Below, piece after piece: positions 30,701 through 42,500 of a stretch of 64,000 bases of DNA. A program made the position numbers and the translations under genes. Positions within the stretch are counted from its first letter, which is position 1. Every line of letters begins with the position of its first letter. A model generated the notes under the pieces. The model made no database searches. It saw only the letters and a program-made list of their open reading frames with translations, and was not told where the DNA came from. The DNA is from Candidatus Hermodarchaeota archaeon (GTDB lineage: Archaea; Asgardarchaeota; Lokiarchaeia; Sigyniarchaeales; SOKP01). Where the stretch lies: contig JBHLLG010000001.1 of NCBI GenBank assembly GCA_048885925.1, positions 131,105 through 195,104 on the forward strand. The letters run 5' to 3'.

Positions 30701-31584
30701 CTAAAAAGAAATATCAAATTATTTATAGAGACTTATTTAAAGAATACCCTAGAGCTCAAAAAAGAGAATTTAGAGTTGGCATAGCTCAAATTGGTATATC
30801 TAAAAGTGGAGATATCTTAAATGAGTTTTACGAGATGAAAACTTCAGGTTTATTAAGCCTCCGGGAAGATAAGCTTGGAATTCTAAGACCTAAAATTCAA
30901 AACATGATTGAAAATGCACATAAAGAGGGAGTTAATGTTTTACTTTTCCCAGAAATGATAATTGACCTTAATTACGGTGAGTTATTGGAAGATATTTCTG
31001 ATCTTGCCAAATTATATGAGATGTATATAATTCCAGGCTCGTTTCATGATCAAGAAACAAAAAGAAATATTACTAGAGTTCTTGGACCAGATGGTATTCT
31101 TTGGGAACAAGAAAAACATATTCCAGCAATAATAAGATATGGGAAAACAGAATTCAAGGAAGGTATAGATGTAGGAGATATTCCTCGAAATATTATTGTT
31201 TGCAATACAGAATTTGGGAGAATTGCAATTTCTATTTGTCGTGATTTTCTTGACATGGATTTAAGGGTAGAATTGAAAAATTTTGAACCTCCTGTTGATA
31301 TTATTTTAAATCCTGCCTTTACGCCTGTGACTGCTGATTTTAAAGCAATACACTTTGATGCTCGGAGATCTATTTATGCATACTCCTTTTTTGCTAATGT
31401 AGCTGATTTCGGCGATTCTTTAATATATACTCCTGAAAAAGATCGCACTGAAAGAATTATTCCAGCAAAAGAAGAAGGATTGATATATAAAGATATTGAT
31501 CTCTTCAAATTGCGTTCAGAACGTAAAAAATGGGAAAAAGAACAGAAAAAAGAAAAACAATTTATCCAAAGTACACGATCATAA
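27748..31584 (+). CDS. Giant TPR/SNAP-like solenoid-nitrilase fusion protein, copy 2
   Basis: Same architecture; LLFPEM / QEKHIP / ICRDF triad intact. Confidence 0.88.
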   Translation: MTELTEEENNLLEKALAEEKIYNWLEAAKLYKQVANSYLKKNLLEKVAEIYKKLGYSYSRAAFTVKTNEQFVQYIKETIKAYTDALNIFEQIGNKAMKFECEAEIFLFRSYITDSFSTQKKDLINSYELFVKSSIEYSKEDYQEHIARVLSHGAYACIASGFSIIDLKEFDDHYQKCKDIALKAQEISKKTENVQSLAYSLWAEYYLTLIQVYIKPFRWNEDWREVFKKYLLKCDESLTLIEKYDDLKALAMICITYGNVSGFFSIHFIEDENEQREYMDNALKLLEKSSNLARKLNDIALINESIYWLVMWSMLGGRVKYLQNKLATNLERFIEIGNIFKDTYTIWNFQENVLLGAYYANIAQRSFFTSDQRKSYAEKAIEYAKINLTNMPDSPFISDSHLALTWAYSQLVILGKKKELQKINAQKMLQYAEKLGKIAEKYEGGWVRAYGYSSLYRAYKTLADIAESEENKIEMLSLAIEASEKYMEHSNESRTGIITAQVRLGLLYEDFGILTKNNDIFIKAKDLFLQVAKESQKRGYQSYTAASYEYLARIEDRLGNHTASANYYEMAQNAYGESLKKVDYKPLIKRINEKLNYAKAWNLIEIAKVNHKSENHQKAKESYNDACEILKSLPSFNYEANYYSAWSSQEIAEQLSKQEKHEDAIKQYNITIDMFENAIAILEKRLNKSKEKIELERIDKIIKVAKLRTSYCSARIDVEKARIVGKQGEHVTAAELFASAASQFRYVCNLFKTEKERVELEAVYYLCRAWESMELAEKYEDHDRFSESANLFIRASNLFTDSKLKLLASGNSSFCQALELGCEFDETYDSEVKAQLYSKIKAMLRTAASSYEKGGFKNGGDWALATSTYFDAVWHLIRADDELEISNKKNLLDIGANYLRSAAELFSKAGYKDKEKEILARLERLKQEEKILVSALNTIKKPAISSSTTGIIAPACSLETSQSPRLGEVYQFTEEERRVIGERVAKKKYQIIYRDLFKEYPRAQKREFRVGIAQIGISKSGDILNEFYEMKTSGLLSLREDKLGILRPKIQNMIENAHKEGVNVLLFPEMIIDLNYGELLEDISDLAKLYEMYIIPGSFHDQETKRNITRVLGPDGILWEQEKHIPAIIRYGKTEFKEGIDVGDIPRNIIVCNTEFGRIAISICRDFLDMDLRVELKNFEPPVDIILNPAFTPVTADFKAIHFDARRSIYAYSFFANVADFGDSLIYTPEKDRTERIIPAKEEGLIYKDIDLFKLRSERKKWEKEQKKEKQFIQSTRS

Positions 31585-31717
31585 TTTTTACTTATTCTAA
31601 ATCTGTGATTATTTTATATAAAATATTTTAAACTTACACATCTAATATTAATTATTCTTAAAGATAAAAAAATGAAACCCAGAAAGCCAATATTTCTAAT
31701 ATATGATTAAAATATAA

Positions 31718-34700
31718 TTGAGGATGGTAAGAATCACTCAAGTTGAATTGTTAAATCGAGCAGAAGCAGAAGAAAAGAAGTATAATTTAAAAGAAGCAAT
31801 CAGATTATACAAACAGGTCTTAGAGAATTTTATAGATAAAGATGATTTGATAAAGGTTGCACAGATTAATGAAAAGATCGGAAATATTTACGTTTTAGCT
31901 ACTTTAACAGCTGATACTGAGAAAGAACTTACAGAAATGATAGATGATGCAGTAGAAGCATATGATAAAGCAATAAAGATATATACCGAAATGAATAATA
32001 AAGTAAAGGTCTTAGAATGCATGGCAGGACAATTTAAAGTCAAATCGGACAAAGGAATATCTCCTGAATATAGTAGAAAGCAATTACTTGACTCTTTTGA
32101 AAAATACATGGAATTAAGTGAAATCTATAATAAAGAAAATGATAATAAGAATTTATTAAGGATTTTAAGCCAAACTTCACTTACTTTAGCGTTGTTGTTA
32201 CAATGCTGTTATGATCCTATTGATTTTGAGGATTTATTCCAAAAAGGTGATGATATAGTCGAAAGAGGTTTGAATCTATCATATGAACTTGGATATAAAC
32301 AATATATAGGAAATTTCTTTTTTGTAGGAAATTTCATCATTGGTATTAAAACTTGGGTAACTTTTTCCAGAATAGATAAACTTTTCTGGAGAAATAGTGA
32401 ACATGAAAAATTACTAAATAAATTCCTTGATAGAAGTAATGAAGGGTTAAAGTTCATTGAAGAAAGTGATGATAAGTTCAATAAAGCTTTATTTTATCAT
32501 TTTATAGGTTCTATAAATTGCCAATTTGCAGCTAGGTTTATTCATGATGAGAAAGAACAAAAGGACCTTGCTGATAAAGGTATAAAATATTGCGAAGAAG
32601 CTTTAGACCTTATGAGAGAACTTAACTTTAAGCCATTTCTTATACATTATATATTTTGGTTAGATTATTTTCTTGGTATTTTAGGAAGGTACCAATATCT
32701 TCAAAAAAGAATATTAGGAGACATCACTGAAATTCAAGAAAAGGGTAAAGCTTATCAAAATATATTTTCATTTTGGGGTTTTCTGACTAATTTTTTATCA
32801 GCAGTATCTTATCAATTTTTTACTCAAAGAAGTTATTTGAAAACAGATTTAAGAAGAACTTATGCAAAGAAAGGAATTAAAGAAATAGAGGATGGATTAA
32901 AAAAACTAAATTTCGGACCATTTTTTTCATTATCATATCAGATTTTAACTAATCTATATTCCCAATTAGTTCATCTAACTCCTAAAAGAGAGAAACGTGA
33001 GAGTTTCATCGATAGTATGTTTAAAAGTGCATCTGAAGCTGAAAAAGCTGGTAAAATGTATAAAGCAGGAATGTCTAGAGCTGCTGGTTATATTTCATTA
33101 TACCGTGCTCATAAGACTTTATCTGATGTTTTAACAAATAAGGAAGAGAAAATTAAGAATTTATCAATTGCAATAGATGCAATTACGAATAATATTGAAT
33201 TTTCAGTTGAATCATATAGAGATTTCATTGCTGATAGGATGCATCTTGGATTATTGTATGAGGACTTAGCAATACTAACTAAACAAAAAGAACCCTTGTT
33301 TCAAGCAAGAGAACTATTTCTTCATTTAATAAAGGACACTAACCAGAAGGGTTATTATTACCACACTGCTGCTGCTTATGAATATTTAGCGCGTATTGAA
33401 GATAGATTAGGAAATCACCTAACATCCGCTCAACAATATGAAATGGCAAGTAATGCTCATCTAAAATCATTAGAAAAAGTTCAATTTAAACCATTAAAGG
33501 ATCGAATTAAGGAAAAGAGTGAGTATGATAAAGCGTGGAAATTAATTGAAAATGCTAAGGTTAATCACAAAAAAGAGGACCATTTAAAAGCAAAAGAAGA
33601 ATATGATATGGCTTGCGAAATCCTAAAGACTTTGTCGAAATATAGATATGAGGCTTCTTATTATTCATCTTGGGCATATTTAGAAGTTTCAGAAGATGCA
33701 AGCAAGAAAGAAGAACACCAAGTGGCAATTGATAAATATCAGGATACAAAAAACTGTTTTGAAAAATCAATAAATATATTAGAAGATACTTTAACACAGT
33801 CTTCTAACAAAATTGAGATAGAAAGAATAACTAAACTCAAAAAAGTAGCGAATGTTAGGATTAATTATTGTTTAGCCCGTATCAATCTTGAAAAGGCTAG
33901 AATTCTTCAAAAACAAAGCGATCATCTATCTGCTGCTGAGAATTTTGCTTTAGCGGCTTCTCAATTTAGAGATATTTGTACTATATTCAAAATTGAAAGG
34001 GAAAGAAAAGAATTAGAAGCAATTTATCATTTATGTAGAGCATGGGAAGGAATGGAACTTGCTGAAAATTATCAGGAACCTGAAAGATTTATAGAAGCCT
34101 CAAAACTATTTCTAAAAGCCAGCAATTTATTCATTGATAGTAAATTAAAGTTGTTAGCCTCTGGTAATTCGTCAGTTTGTTTAGCTTTAGAAAATGGCTG
34201 TAAGTTTGATGAATCGACTGATATGGGAAAAAAAGCAGATTATTATAAGAAAGTAAAAATGATGTTAAGAAAAGCATCTAGTTCATATGAAAAAGGTGGA
34301 TTTATCGTAGGGGCTGATTGGGCTTTAGGAACCACAATATACTTCGATGGTCTTTGGCACTTAATAAAAGCAGATGAAGAATTAGAACTTAATATTAGAA
34401 AAAAACAGTTAGAAGTGGGTTCTAAATATTTAAAATCAGCTGCGGAGATATTTGGAAAATCTGGATATAAAGAAAGACAAGAAGAAATTTATGAGAAATT
34501 AAATAGAATAGAAAGAGAAGAATTGATTTTGTATTCTGCTTTGAATACGATTAGCAACCCTGTAATCTCAAGAAGTACTGTTGGAATAGTTGCTCCTGCG
34601 TGTCCAATAGAATCAAGTTTATCACCAAAAATAAGTGAAATCAATCAATTAACCTTAGAAGCTACTGAGTTATCAGAAACCCAAGAAAAAGTAAAGAAAT

Positions 34701-35569
34701 ACAGTTTAAAATATAAAGACTTGTTAACTCAATATCCTAAAATACAAAGAAATGAATGCAGAATTGGAGTTGCTCAAATTGGATTATCTGAATCAGGAAA
34801 CATTTTAAAAGAATTCTTTAAAATAAAGAAGTTTGGATTATTAGGAATTAAGGAGGATATAATTAATTCACTCAGATCAACTTATAAAGAAATGATTGAA
34901 AGAGCCAATTCTGATAGAATTAATATTCTCGTTTTTCCAGAAATGATGATAGATCTAAATTATACTGAAATTATTGAGGATTTAATGAATTATTCAAAAG
35001 TTTACAATATGTATATTATTCCAGGATCTTATCACGATGAAAAATCTAAGAAAAATATTAGTGTAGTTATTGGTCCAGAAGGATTTCTTTGGGAACAAGA
35101 AAAACATATCCCTGCAACAATTCATATTGAAGGTAATAAAGTTAAAGAAGCAATTGATACAAGTTCTTATCCTAGAAATACAACTATATGTAATACTGAG
35201 TTTGGTAGAATTGCAATAGTTATCTGTCGGGACTTTCTTGATATGGATTTAAGAGTGGAATTGAAGAATTTTGAACCACCAGTGGATATTGTTATTAATC
35301 CTGCATTTACACCAGTTACAGCAGATTTCAAAGCAGCTCATTTTGATGCACGTAGATCCATCTATGCTTACTGTTTCTTTGCTAATGTTGCTGAATTTGG
35401 TGATTCGCTAATCTATACTCCCGAAAAAGACCGCACTGAAAGAAACATCCCAGCGAAGGAAGAAGGCTTAATATATAAAGATATTAATCTTTTCAAATTA
35501 CGTTCAGAGCGTAAAAAATGGGAAAAAGAGCAAAAGAAAGAATTGCAATTCATACAAAGTACCAGATAA
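31718..35569 (+). CDS. Giant TPR/SNAP-like solenoid-nitrilase fusion protein, copy 3
   Basis: Same architecture; LVFPEM / QEKHIP / ICRDF; start may be the ATG at 31724. Confidence 0.88.
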   Translation: MRMVRITQVELLNRAEAEEKKYNLKEAIRLYKQVLENFIDKDDLIKVAQINEKIGNIYVLATLTADTEKELTEMIDDAVEAYDKAIKIYTEMNNKVKVLECMAGQFKVKSDKGISPEYSRKQLLDSFEKYMELSEIYNKENDNKNLLRILSQTSLTLALLLQCCYDPIDFEDLFQKGDDIVERGLNLSYELGYKQYIGNFFFVGNFIIGIKTWVTFSRIDKLFWRNSEHEKLLNKFLDRSNEGLKFIEESDDKFNKALFYHFIGSINCQFAARFIHDEKEQKDLADKGIKYCEEALDLMRELNFKPFLIHYIFWLDYFLGILGRYQYLQKRILGDITEIQEKGKAYQNIFSFWGFLTNFLSAVSYQFFTQRSYLKTDLRRTYAKKGIKEIEDGLKKLNFGPFFSLSYQILTNLYSQLVHLTPKREKRESFIDSMFKSASEAEKAGKMYKAGMSRAAGYISLYRAHKTLSDVLTNKEEKIKNLSIAIDAITNNIEFSVESYRDFIADRMHLGLLYEDLAILTKQKEPLFQARELFLHLIKDTNQKGYYYHTAAAYEYLARIEDRLGNHLTSAQQYEMASNAHLKSLEKVQFKPLKDRIKEKSEYDKAWKLIENAKVNHKKEDHLKAKEEYDMACEILKTLSKYRYEASYYSSWAYLEVSEDASKKEEHQVAIDKYQDTKNCFEKSINILEDTLTQSSNKIEIERITKLKKVANVRINYCLARINLEKARILQKQSDHLSAAENFALAASQFRDICTIFKIERERKELEAIYHLCRAWEGMELAENYQEPERFIEASKLFLKASNLFIDSKLKLLASGNSSVCLALENGCKFDESTDMGKKADYYKKVKMMLRKASSSYEKGGFIVGADWALGTTIYFDGLWHLIKADEELELNIRKKQLEVGSKYLKSAAEIFGKSGYKERQEEIYEKLNRIEREELILYSALNTISNPVISRSTVGIVAPACPIESSLSPKISEINQLTLEATELSETQEKVKKYSLKYKDLLTQYPKIQRNECRIGVAQIGLSESGNILKEFFKIKKFGLLGIKEDIINSLRSTYKEMIERANSDRINILVFPEMMIDLNYTEIIEDLMNYSKVYNMYIIPGSYHDEKSKKNISVVIGPEGFLWEQEKHIPATIHIEGNKVKEAIDTSSYPRNTTICNTEFGRIAIVICRDFLDMDLRVELKNFEPPVDIVINPAFTPVTADFKAAHFDARRSIYAYCFFANVAEFGDSLIYTPEKDRTERNIPAKEEGLIYKDINLFKLRSERKKWEKEQKKELQFIQSTR

Positions 35570-35655
35570 GGTATTTTTTCAAGATAAATTTTAATAACAC
35601 AAAAAAATAATTAATGAATTAGTGAAATCAATAGCATTTCAAAAAAATCTTTAGC

Positions 35656-38600
35656 ATGATTGTCAAGAGTAACCAAGAAGAATCTTTAATTAAAGAAGCG
35701 AAAATTGAAGAAAAGAATTATAATTGGGAAAAGGCAGCAGCTTTGTATGAACAAGTGGCTAAAATATATTTAGATAGAGAAAAATTAAAAGATGCCGCAA
35801 ATATTTATATTAAACTAGGGGATATATGCATGCGAGCTATCTATGCATCAGAAATTAAAGAAGACTATTTAAATTGGAGTAAACAATCTTTTAAAGCATT
35901 TCAAAAGGCGGAGAGTCTTTTTATCCAGATTAATGATAAACTTCTGAGTGATGAATGTAAAGCTAGAGCACTTTCAGTAACAGGCTTTGTTATTACTTCA
36001 GTTGAAGAGGCGAGAAAAAATATAAAAAAATCAGTTGATATTCTTTTAGAACTTATTGAAAAATATTCAAAAGTAAATGATACTAAAAATTGGATAAGAT
36101 TGATAACCCTGATCATTGGGTCAATCAATTTATATGTATTTATAACTTCGGATCCTTCTGAATTGGAGTATTATAGCCATTTGGCTCGTACTTTAATAGA
36201 AAAGGCTTGGACTCGTCTAAAAGAAATTGATACAATCGAAATTAGAAGTAGCCTATTGTTTGGTGAGAATATATTAATGCTTAATATTAATAGATGGACG
36301 GAACTTACTTATGGAGATAAAAATCAAGAAAAAGTTAACAAAAAATTTTTAAAGAGATGTGAAGAAACACTAAATTTAGTGCAAGCTAGTGATGATGAGA
36401 TTAATCATAGCTATCTTGGAGAAATTTATGGTATAACGGGTTTCGTATATTGTATATTTGGGAGTTTACTTGTTGAAGAGAAAAAGGAACGAGTAAAGTT
36501 AGCTGAAAAAGGATTTGAGTTATTGGAAAAATCTGTTGCTTTTTTTAAAAATTCAAGAAATATTCTTGGAGCTATATCATATACATATAGTACAGATTAT
36601 CATGCTGGTCTTTTTGGTAGATTTGAATACCTACAGAAGAGAATTCTAAATGATATGCGAGAAGTACAGAAATTAGATAAAATCTTCGATAATTTATATG
36701 CTGGGCTTTATAGTTTTATGGATTTCATACCTATTGATTATTATAACCAATTTGCTAGCAGAAGTTTTTTAAGGGCGGATACAAGGAAGTCTTATGCTAA
36801 ATTAGGAATTAAATATGCTAATAAATCATTGCAAAGACTTGCGTTTGGTCCTTATATTATATTTATTTATCAGTATTTAACTCATTTTTATTCACAACTA
36901 ACTCTTCTTGCTTTAGAAGATGAACCTCAGCAGGACTATATTCAAAAAATGTTGTATTATGCTAATAAGGCTGAAAATCTCTCAAAAGGATATAAAGGAG
37001 GAAATGTAAGATCAGCTGGTTTTACTTCGCTTTACAGAGCATATAAGACTCTTGCTGATATTTCTAAAGATAAGGATGAAAAAGTTAAAAATTTAGAACT
37101 TGCAGTAGAAGCTGCTAAAAAAAATATTAAGTATTCCATTGAATCTTATAGAATTTTTTTAGCAATTCAAATACGTTTGGCTTTAATTTATGAGGAATTA
37201 GGCATCCTAACTACCGAAGAAAAACCCCTAATACAAGCAAGAGATTTATTTCTACGTATAGTTATTGATTCTTCAGAAAAAGGTTATTATTATTATACAG
37301 CTGCTTGTTATGAATATATTGCTCGTTTAGAAGATCGCTTAGGAAATCACATAGTCTCTGCTGAATATTATCAAAAAGCACAGGAAGCACATGAAGACTC
37401 ATTAACTTCAATTAAATATAAGCCATTGAAAGAAAGAACTAATGAAAAGATAAAGTATACCAAAGCTTGGAATTTTATTGAAAAGGCCAAAGCATATCAT
37501 AAAAGGGAAAATCATATAAAGGCTAAAGAAAATTATGAAGAAGCAGCTGAGATCTTAAAAACCTTACCCAATTTTAATTATGAAGCAGCTTATTATGGCG
37601 CTTGGATAATTTTAGAAGAAGCTGAGAATCTTAGTAAACAGGAAAAATATGAAGATGCTATAAAGAACTATAAAAAAACAAAAGATCTTTTTGATAATGC
37701 CATTTTTACAATTAGATTTATAAGGAAAAATGTTAGAAGGTCAAAAGAATTAAAAAAACTTGAGAAAGTAGCGAAAGTAAGGATGAATCATTGTTCTGCT
37801 AGAATAAATCTTGATGAGGCAAGGATTTTAGGGAAAAAGGGGGAACATATTGCTGCTGCCGAAAAATTTGGTAATGCTGCGACTCAATTTAGAGACATTT
37901 GTATATTGTATAAAATTAAAAGAGAACGAGCAGAAATAGAAGCAATATATCATCTCTGTAAAGCTTGGGAAAGTATGGAATTAGCTGAAAATTATGAGGA
38001 TCCAGAAAAGTTTACAGAAGCAGCAAATTTATTTTCAAATGCTAGCGATTATTTTACACAAAGTAAATTAAAGTTCCTAGCTGAAGGAAATTCTAATTTT
38101 TGTTTAGCTCTTGAAGAAGGATGCAAATTTGATCAATCTCATGATATAGAAGTTAAAACAAGCTTGTATCCAAAAATTAAGTCAATTCTCAGAAATGCAG
38201 CAAATTTATATGAAAAGGGCGGTTTTAAAAATGGGGCGGATTGGGCACTTGCGACATCAACTTATTTTGACGCAGCATGGTATTTGATTCAAGCCGACAA
38301 TGAATTAAATGTAAATAAAAAACGGGAATTTTTAAATTATGGATCAAATTATTTAAAGTCATCAGCAGAACTATTTCATAAAGCGGGATATAAAGATAAG
38401 GAAAAAGAAGTATTAGAAAGATTAGATAGAGTAATTAAGGAAGAAAAAATACTCTTCTCTGCCTTAAGCACAATTTATAAACCTTCTGTTTCAAGAAGTA
38501 TAGAAGGCATTATTACACCTTCATGTCCGATAGAAACAAGCCAATCACCACGGATTGGTGAAATTCAACAATATTCTGAAGAAGTAAGTACTTTTTTAGA

Positions 38601-39492
38601 AAGAGATAGTAAAACAAATAAATACGAAATAGAATATAGGGATTTGTTAAAAAATTATTCAAAGTCACCAAGGAATCAGTGTAGAGTTGGTATTGCTCAG
38701 ATTGGTATTTCCAATTCTGGTGATATAATGAATGAGTTTTATGAGGAAAAACCTAAAGGTCTTTTAACGCTCAAAGAAGAAAAAGTTAGTGATATTGAGT
38801 CAAAAGTGAAGCAAATGATTGATAAAGCAAATGAAGAAAGTGTTAACATTTTACTATTTCCAGAAATGGCAGTAGATCTCAAATATAAGCAATTTCTAGA
38901 AGATATTTTAAATCTCGCTAAAAAATATGGAATGTATATTATTCCTGGATCATATCACAATATTGAAACAAAAAGTAATATTAGCTTAGTTTTTGGCCCT
39001 GAAGGAATACTCTGGCAACAAGAAAAGTATATTCCTGCCATCATAAGCCTAGGGAGCGGCAGATTTAAAGAGGGAATAGAAAAATCTGTTTTACCTCATA
39101 AAACAATAGTATGTAATACAGAATATGGGAGAATAGCTATTGCAATTTGCCGGGATTTTCTTGACATGGATTTAAGGGTAGAATTAAAGAATTTTGAACC
39201 ACCGATTGATATTATATTAAATCCGGCTTTTACACCAGTTACAGCTGATTTTAAAGCGGTTCATTTTGATGCGCGTAGATCTATTTATGCTTATACTTTT
39301 TTTGCTAATATTGCTGATTATGGCAACTCCCTTATTTATACACCAGAAAAGGAGCGTGTTGAGAGAAATGTTCCTTCAAAACAGGAAGATTTAATCTATA
39401 AAGATGTAGATCTTTTTAGGCTTCGGTCAGAACGTAAAAAATGGGAAGAAAAACAGAAAAAAGAAAAATCTTTTATTCAAAGTACAAGATAA
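35656..39492 (+). CDS. Giant TPR/SNAP-like solenoid-nitrilase fusion protein, copy 4
   Basis: Same architecture; LLFPEM / QEKYIP / ICRDF. Confidence 0.88.
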   Translation: MIVKSNQEESLIKEAKIEEKNYNWEKAAALYEQVAKIYLDREKLKDAANIYIKLGDICMRAIYASEIKEDYLNWSKQSFKAFQKAESLFIQINDKLLSDECKARALSVTGFVITSVEEARKNIKKSVDILLELIEKYSKVNDTKNWIRLITLIIGSINLYVFITSDPSELEYYSHLARTLIEKAWTRLKEIDTIEIRSSLLFGENILMLNINRWTELTYGDKNQEKVNKKFLKRCEETLNLVQASDDEINHSYLGEIYGITGFVYCIFGSLLVEEKKERVKLAEKGFELLEKSVAFFKNSRNILGAISYTYSTDYHAGLFGRFEYLQKRILNDMREVQKLDKIFDNLYAGLYSFMDFIPIDYYNQFASRSFLRADTRKSYAKLGIKYANKSLQRLAFGPYIIFIYQYLTHFYSQLTLLALEDEPQQDYIQKMLYYANKAENLSKGYKGGNVRSAGFTSLYRAYKTLADISKDKDEKVKNLELAVEAAKKNIKYSIESYRIFLAIQIRLALIYEELGILTTEEKPLIQARDLFLRIVIDSSEKGYYYYTAACYEYIARLEDRLGNHIVSAEYYQKAQEAHEDSLTSIKYKPLKERTNEKIKYTKAWNFIEKAKAYHKRENHIKAKENYEEAAEILKTLPNFNYEAAYYGAWIILEEAENLSKQEKYEDAIKNYKKTKDLFDNAIFTIRFIRKNVRRSKELKKLEKVAKVRMNHCSARINLDEARILGKKGEHIAAAEKFGNAATQFRDICILYKIKRERAEIEAIYHLCKAWESMELAENYEDPEKFTEAANLFSNASDYFTQSKLKFLAEGNSNFCLALEEGCKFDQSHDIEVKTSLYPKIKSILRNAANLYEKGGFKNGADWALATSTYFDAAWYLIQADNELNVNKKREFLNYGSNYLKSSAELFHKAGYKDKEKEVLERLDRVIKEEKILFSALSTIYKPSVSRSIEGIITPSCPIETSQSPRIGEIQQYSEEVSTFLERDSKTNKYEIEYRDLLKNYSKSPRNQCRVGIAQIGISNSGDIMNEFYEEKPKGLLTLKEEKVSDIESKVKQMIDKANEESVNILLFPEMAVDLKYKQFLEDILNLAKKYGMYIIPGSYHNIETKSNISLVFGPEGILWQQEKYIPAIISLGSGRFKEGIEKSVLPHKTIVCNTEYGRIAIAICRDFLDMDLRVELKNFEPPIDIILNPAFTPVTADFKAVHFDARRSIYAYTFFANIADYGNSLIYTPEKERVERNVPSKQEDLIYKDVDLFRLRSERKKWEEKQKKEKSFIQSTR

Positions 39493-39599
39493 ATTTAAAA
39501 AAAATAAATTATAAAAATAATTCATTTAATAGTAGAGGAATAGATTAGTAAACTTAGGTAAAAAATATTCATATAGAACTCATTCTGAAATGGTAAAAA

Positions 39600-42500
39600 A
39601 TGAAAGGAGAGAGAGAGGAGACTTTATTAGAAATCGCTCGAAATGAAGAGAAAAATTATAATTTAGAAAAAGCTGCTAAATTATATGAAGAAGCAGCAGA
39701 GAGCTTTTTAAATAGGAATTTGATGGAGAAAGCTGCGAAGGCTTTCAGTCAACTTGGAGGGGTTTATTCAAAGGCTCTAGAAACAGCAATATCATCAGAA
39801 ACTTTTTTTAGTACCTGTAAAAATGGTATTAAAGCGTTTGAAATGGCAAAAAAACTTTATAAAAGAATTGAATCGAAACCTAACATCTTGGAATGTGAAG
39901 CAAATACATTCTACATTAATGGATTGATTTCAGGCTCAATAGCAGAGGTAAAAGAAAATTTTAACAAATCATACGAGATATTTTTAGAATCTAGTAAGTT
40001 TTTTGAAGAGGAGGGAAACAAAGAAGCTACGGCAAGAACTTTAAGTAATGTATTAGAGATATTACTTTTCAACGTATTCAATTGTGAACATTCATTAGAG
40101 GGTAAAGAAATCCTCGAGAAATCTTCTAAATTAGAAGAAAAATCTTGGAATTTTTCAAAGGAAATTAAGGCTATTGAATATCTTGGTCTGGGATTTCATC
40201 TTGGAACAACCACTAATCTCTGGCGAATTCTTAGTACAAATTTTCAAAGGGATGATCGACTCTACAAATATATCAAAAATATTTTCTTGAAATTTGAGGA
40301 GCTTTCAGAGCTAGCTAGGAATTGGGATGACCCTAGAGTCCTTGGGATGGTATATTACGCAGGTGGAAATGCGTATTGTGCATATGCTACTCATTATGCT
40401 AAAGATGAAAAAGAACAGGGAGTTTATATTGATAAAGGTATAGACTTACTTGAACAATCATTAATTTTCAATGATCGCGCAAAGAACTCATTAATGAAAA
40501 TAGTCACGATTTTTTTTATAAATTGGTGGGCATATTTCAATCGGAGGCTTAAATATGTCCAGAAAAGAATTTTTAAAGATGTTAATGAAATCTTAAAATT
40601 AGGAAAAGCATATGAGGACTCTCCTACATTTATATATTTCTTAGCGAATTTACTGCCTGCTTTTTATTATGCAAATATTTCTCAAATGACAATGTTTACC
40701 ACACGCCAACGAATATCTTATGCTAAAAAGGGGGTTGAATACGCTAAAAAAGCGTTAAAATTTTTCGAAGTCCTGCCTATCTCTATTTGGTCACTTTTAA
40801 TGCTAATTTATTCATATTCACAACTAATTGTTCTCACATCATCAAGAGAAGAACAAGAAGAATATTCTAAGGAGATATTAAATTGTGCTAAAAAAGCAAA
40901 AATCATCGGTGAAAAGTTTGAAGGAGGATTGGCTCGAGGATTTAGTTATAATTCCCTTTACAGAGCTTATAAAACTCTTGCTGATGTTACCGACGACAAG
41001 GAAAGCAAACTCAAAATGTTATTAACAGCCGCAAAAGCTTCTAAAGATTACATGATGCATACTTGGGAATCAACGACCGGAAATCTCACAATGCAATTGC
41101 GGTTAGGTCTACTTTATGAAGAGATTAGTATTATTGCGAATAATTCTGAATACTTGGAGCAATCAAAAGAATTGTTTATCCAAGTTGTTGAGGAAAGCAT
41201 CAAGCAAGGTTATTTTTATTATGCAGCTGCAGCGAATGAATATATTGCCCGAATAGAGGATCGATTAGGTAACCACTCAGCTTCAGCAGATTATTACGAA
41301 AAAACATTTGAAACTCATAAAGATTCATTAAAGTATGTAATGTACAAACCACTTATATTAAGAATTAATGAAAAAATCAATTATGCCTATGCTTGGAGTC
41401 TTATTGAAAGAAGTAAAACGTTTCATAAAAGAGAAAATCACCTTCAAGCTAAAAAATTTTACGAAAAGGCTTACGACATTCTCAACAATTTATCAAGATA
41501 CAAATACGAGGCTGATTATTATTCTGCATGGATATTGCTAGAGGAAGCAGAACACTTTAGTAAGCAAGAGATGCATGAAATAGCAACAGAAAAATATGAG
41601 CTGACAATAAAAGCCTTTGAAAATGCTACGGAATCTTTAAATAAAGCTTTAAAGGAATCAAAAAATAAGAGAAAAAATGAACGAATTGGTAAACTTATAA
41701 AATTAGCTGAAGTAAGAATAAAGCATTGTTTGGCTAGAATCAATGTTGAAAAAGCGAGAATATTAAGTAAACAAGGTGAATATAATGCTGCTGCGGAACA
41801 TTTTGCCTTAGCAGCAGCAGAGTTCAGGGAGGTATGCAACAGTTTTACAGTCGAAAAAGAACGGGAGGAATTAGAGGCGGGTTATTATCTGTGCAGAGCG
41901 TGGGAAAGTATGGAATTTGCAGAATATTATAAAGATTCAAACAGGTTCGCAGAAGCATCAGCCTTATTCATAAAAGCTAAAAATCTTTTCTCTTCAAATA
42001 TAATGAAATCATTAGCATCTGGAAATTCTGCTTTTTGTCAGGCATTAGAAATTGGTTGTAAGTTTGATGAGCTAACTGCAGCAAAAAATAAAGCTGAGTT
42101 ATATCCTAAAATCAAAGTTATGCTTAGAAATGCAGCTTCTTCATATAGAAAAGGTGGATTTGAAAATGGAGCTGATTGGGCTCTAGCAACCTCCTCTTAT
42201 TTTGATGCAGCATGGTACTTAATCAGAGCTGATGAAGAATTAAGACTTGAAGAGAAAAAGAAACTTCTTGATATTGGATCTGAATTTCTTTCATCAGCTT
42301 CAAATTTATTTGGAAAAGCAGGTTATAAAGAGAAGGAACAAGAGGTTTTTAAACAGCTGGAAATGGTTAAAAAAGAAGAAAGTATAATAATTTCAGCTTT
42401 AAATGCGATAAAAAAACCATCCGTTTCTGGAAGTACTATTGGAATTACCGCTCCAGCCTGTCCTTTAGAAACAAGTTTATCAACGAATTTAAGTGAAATT

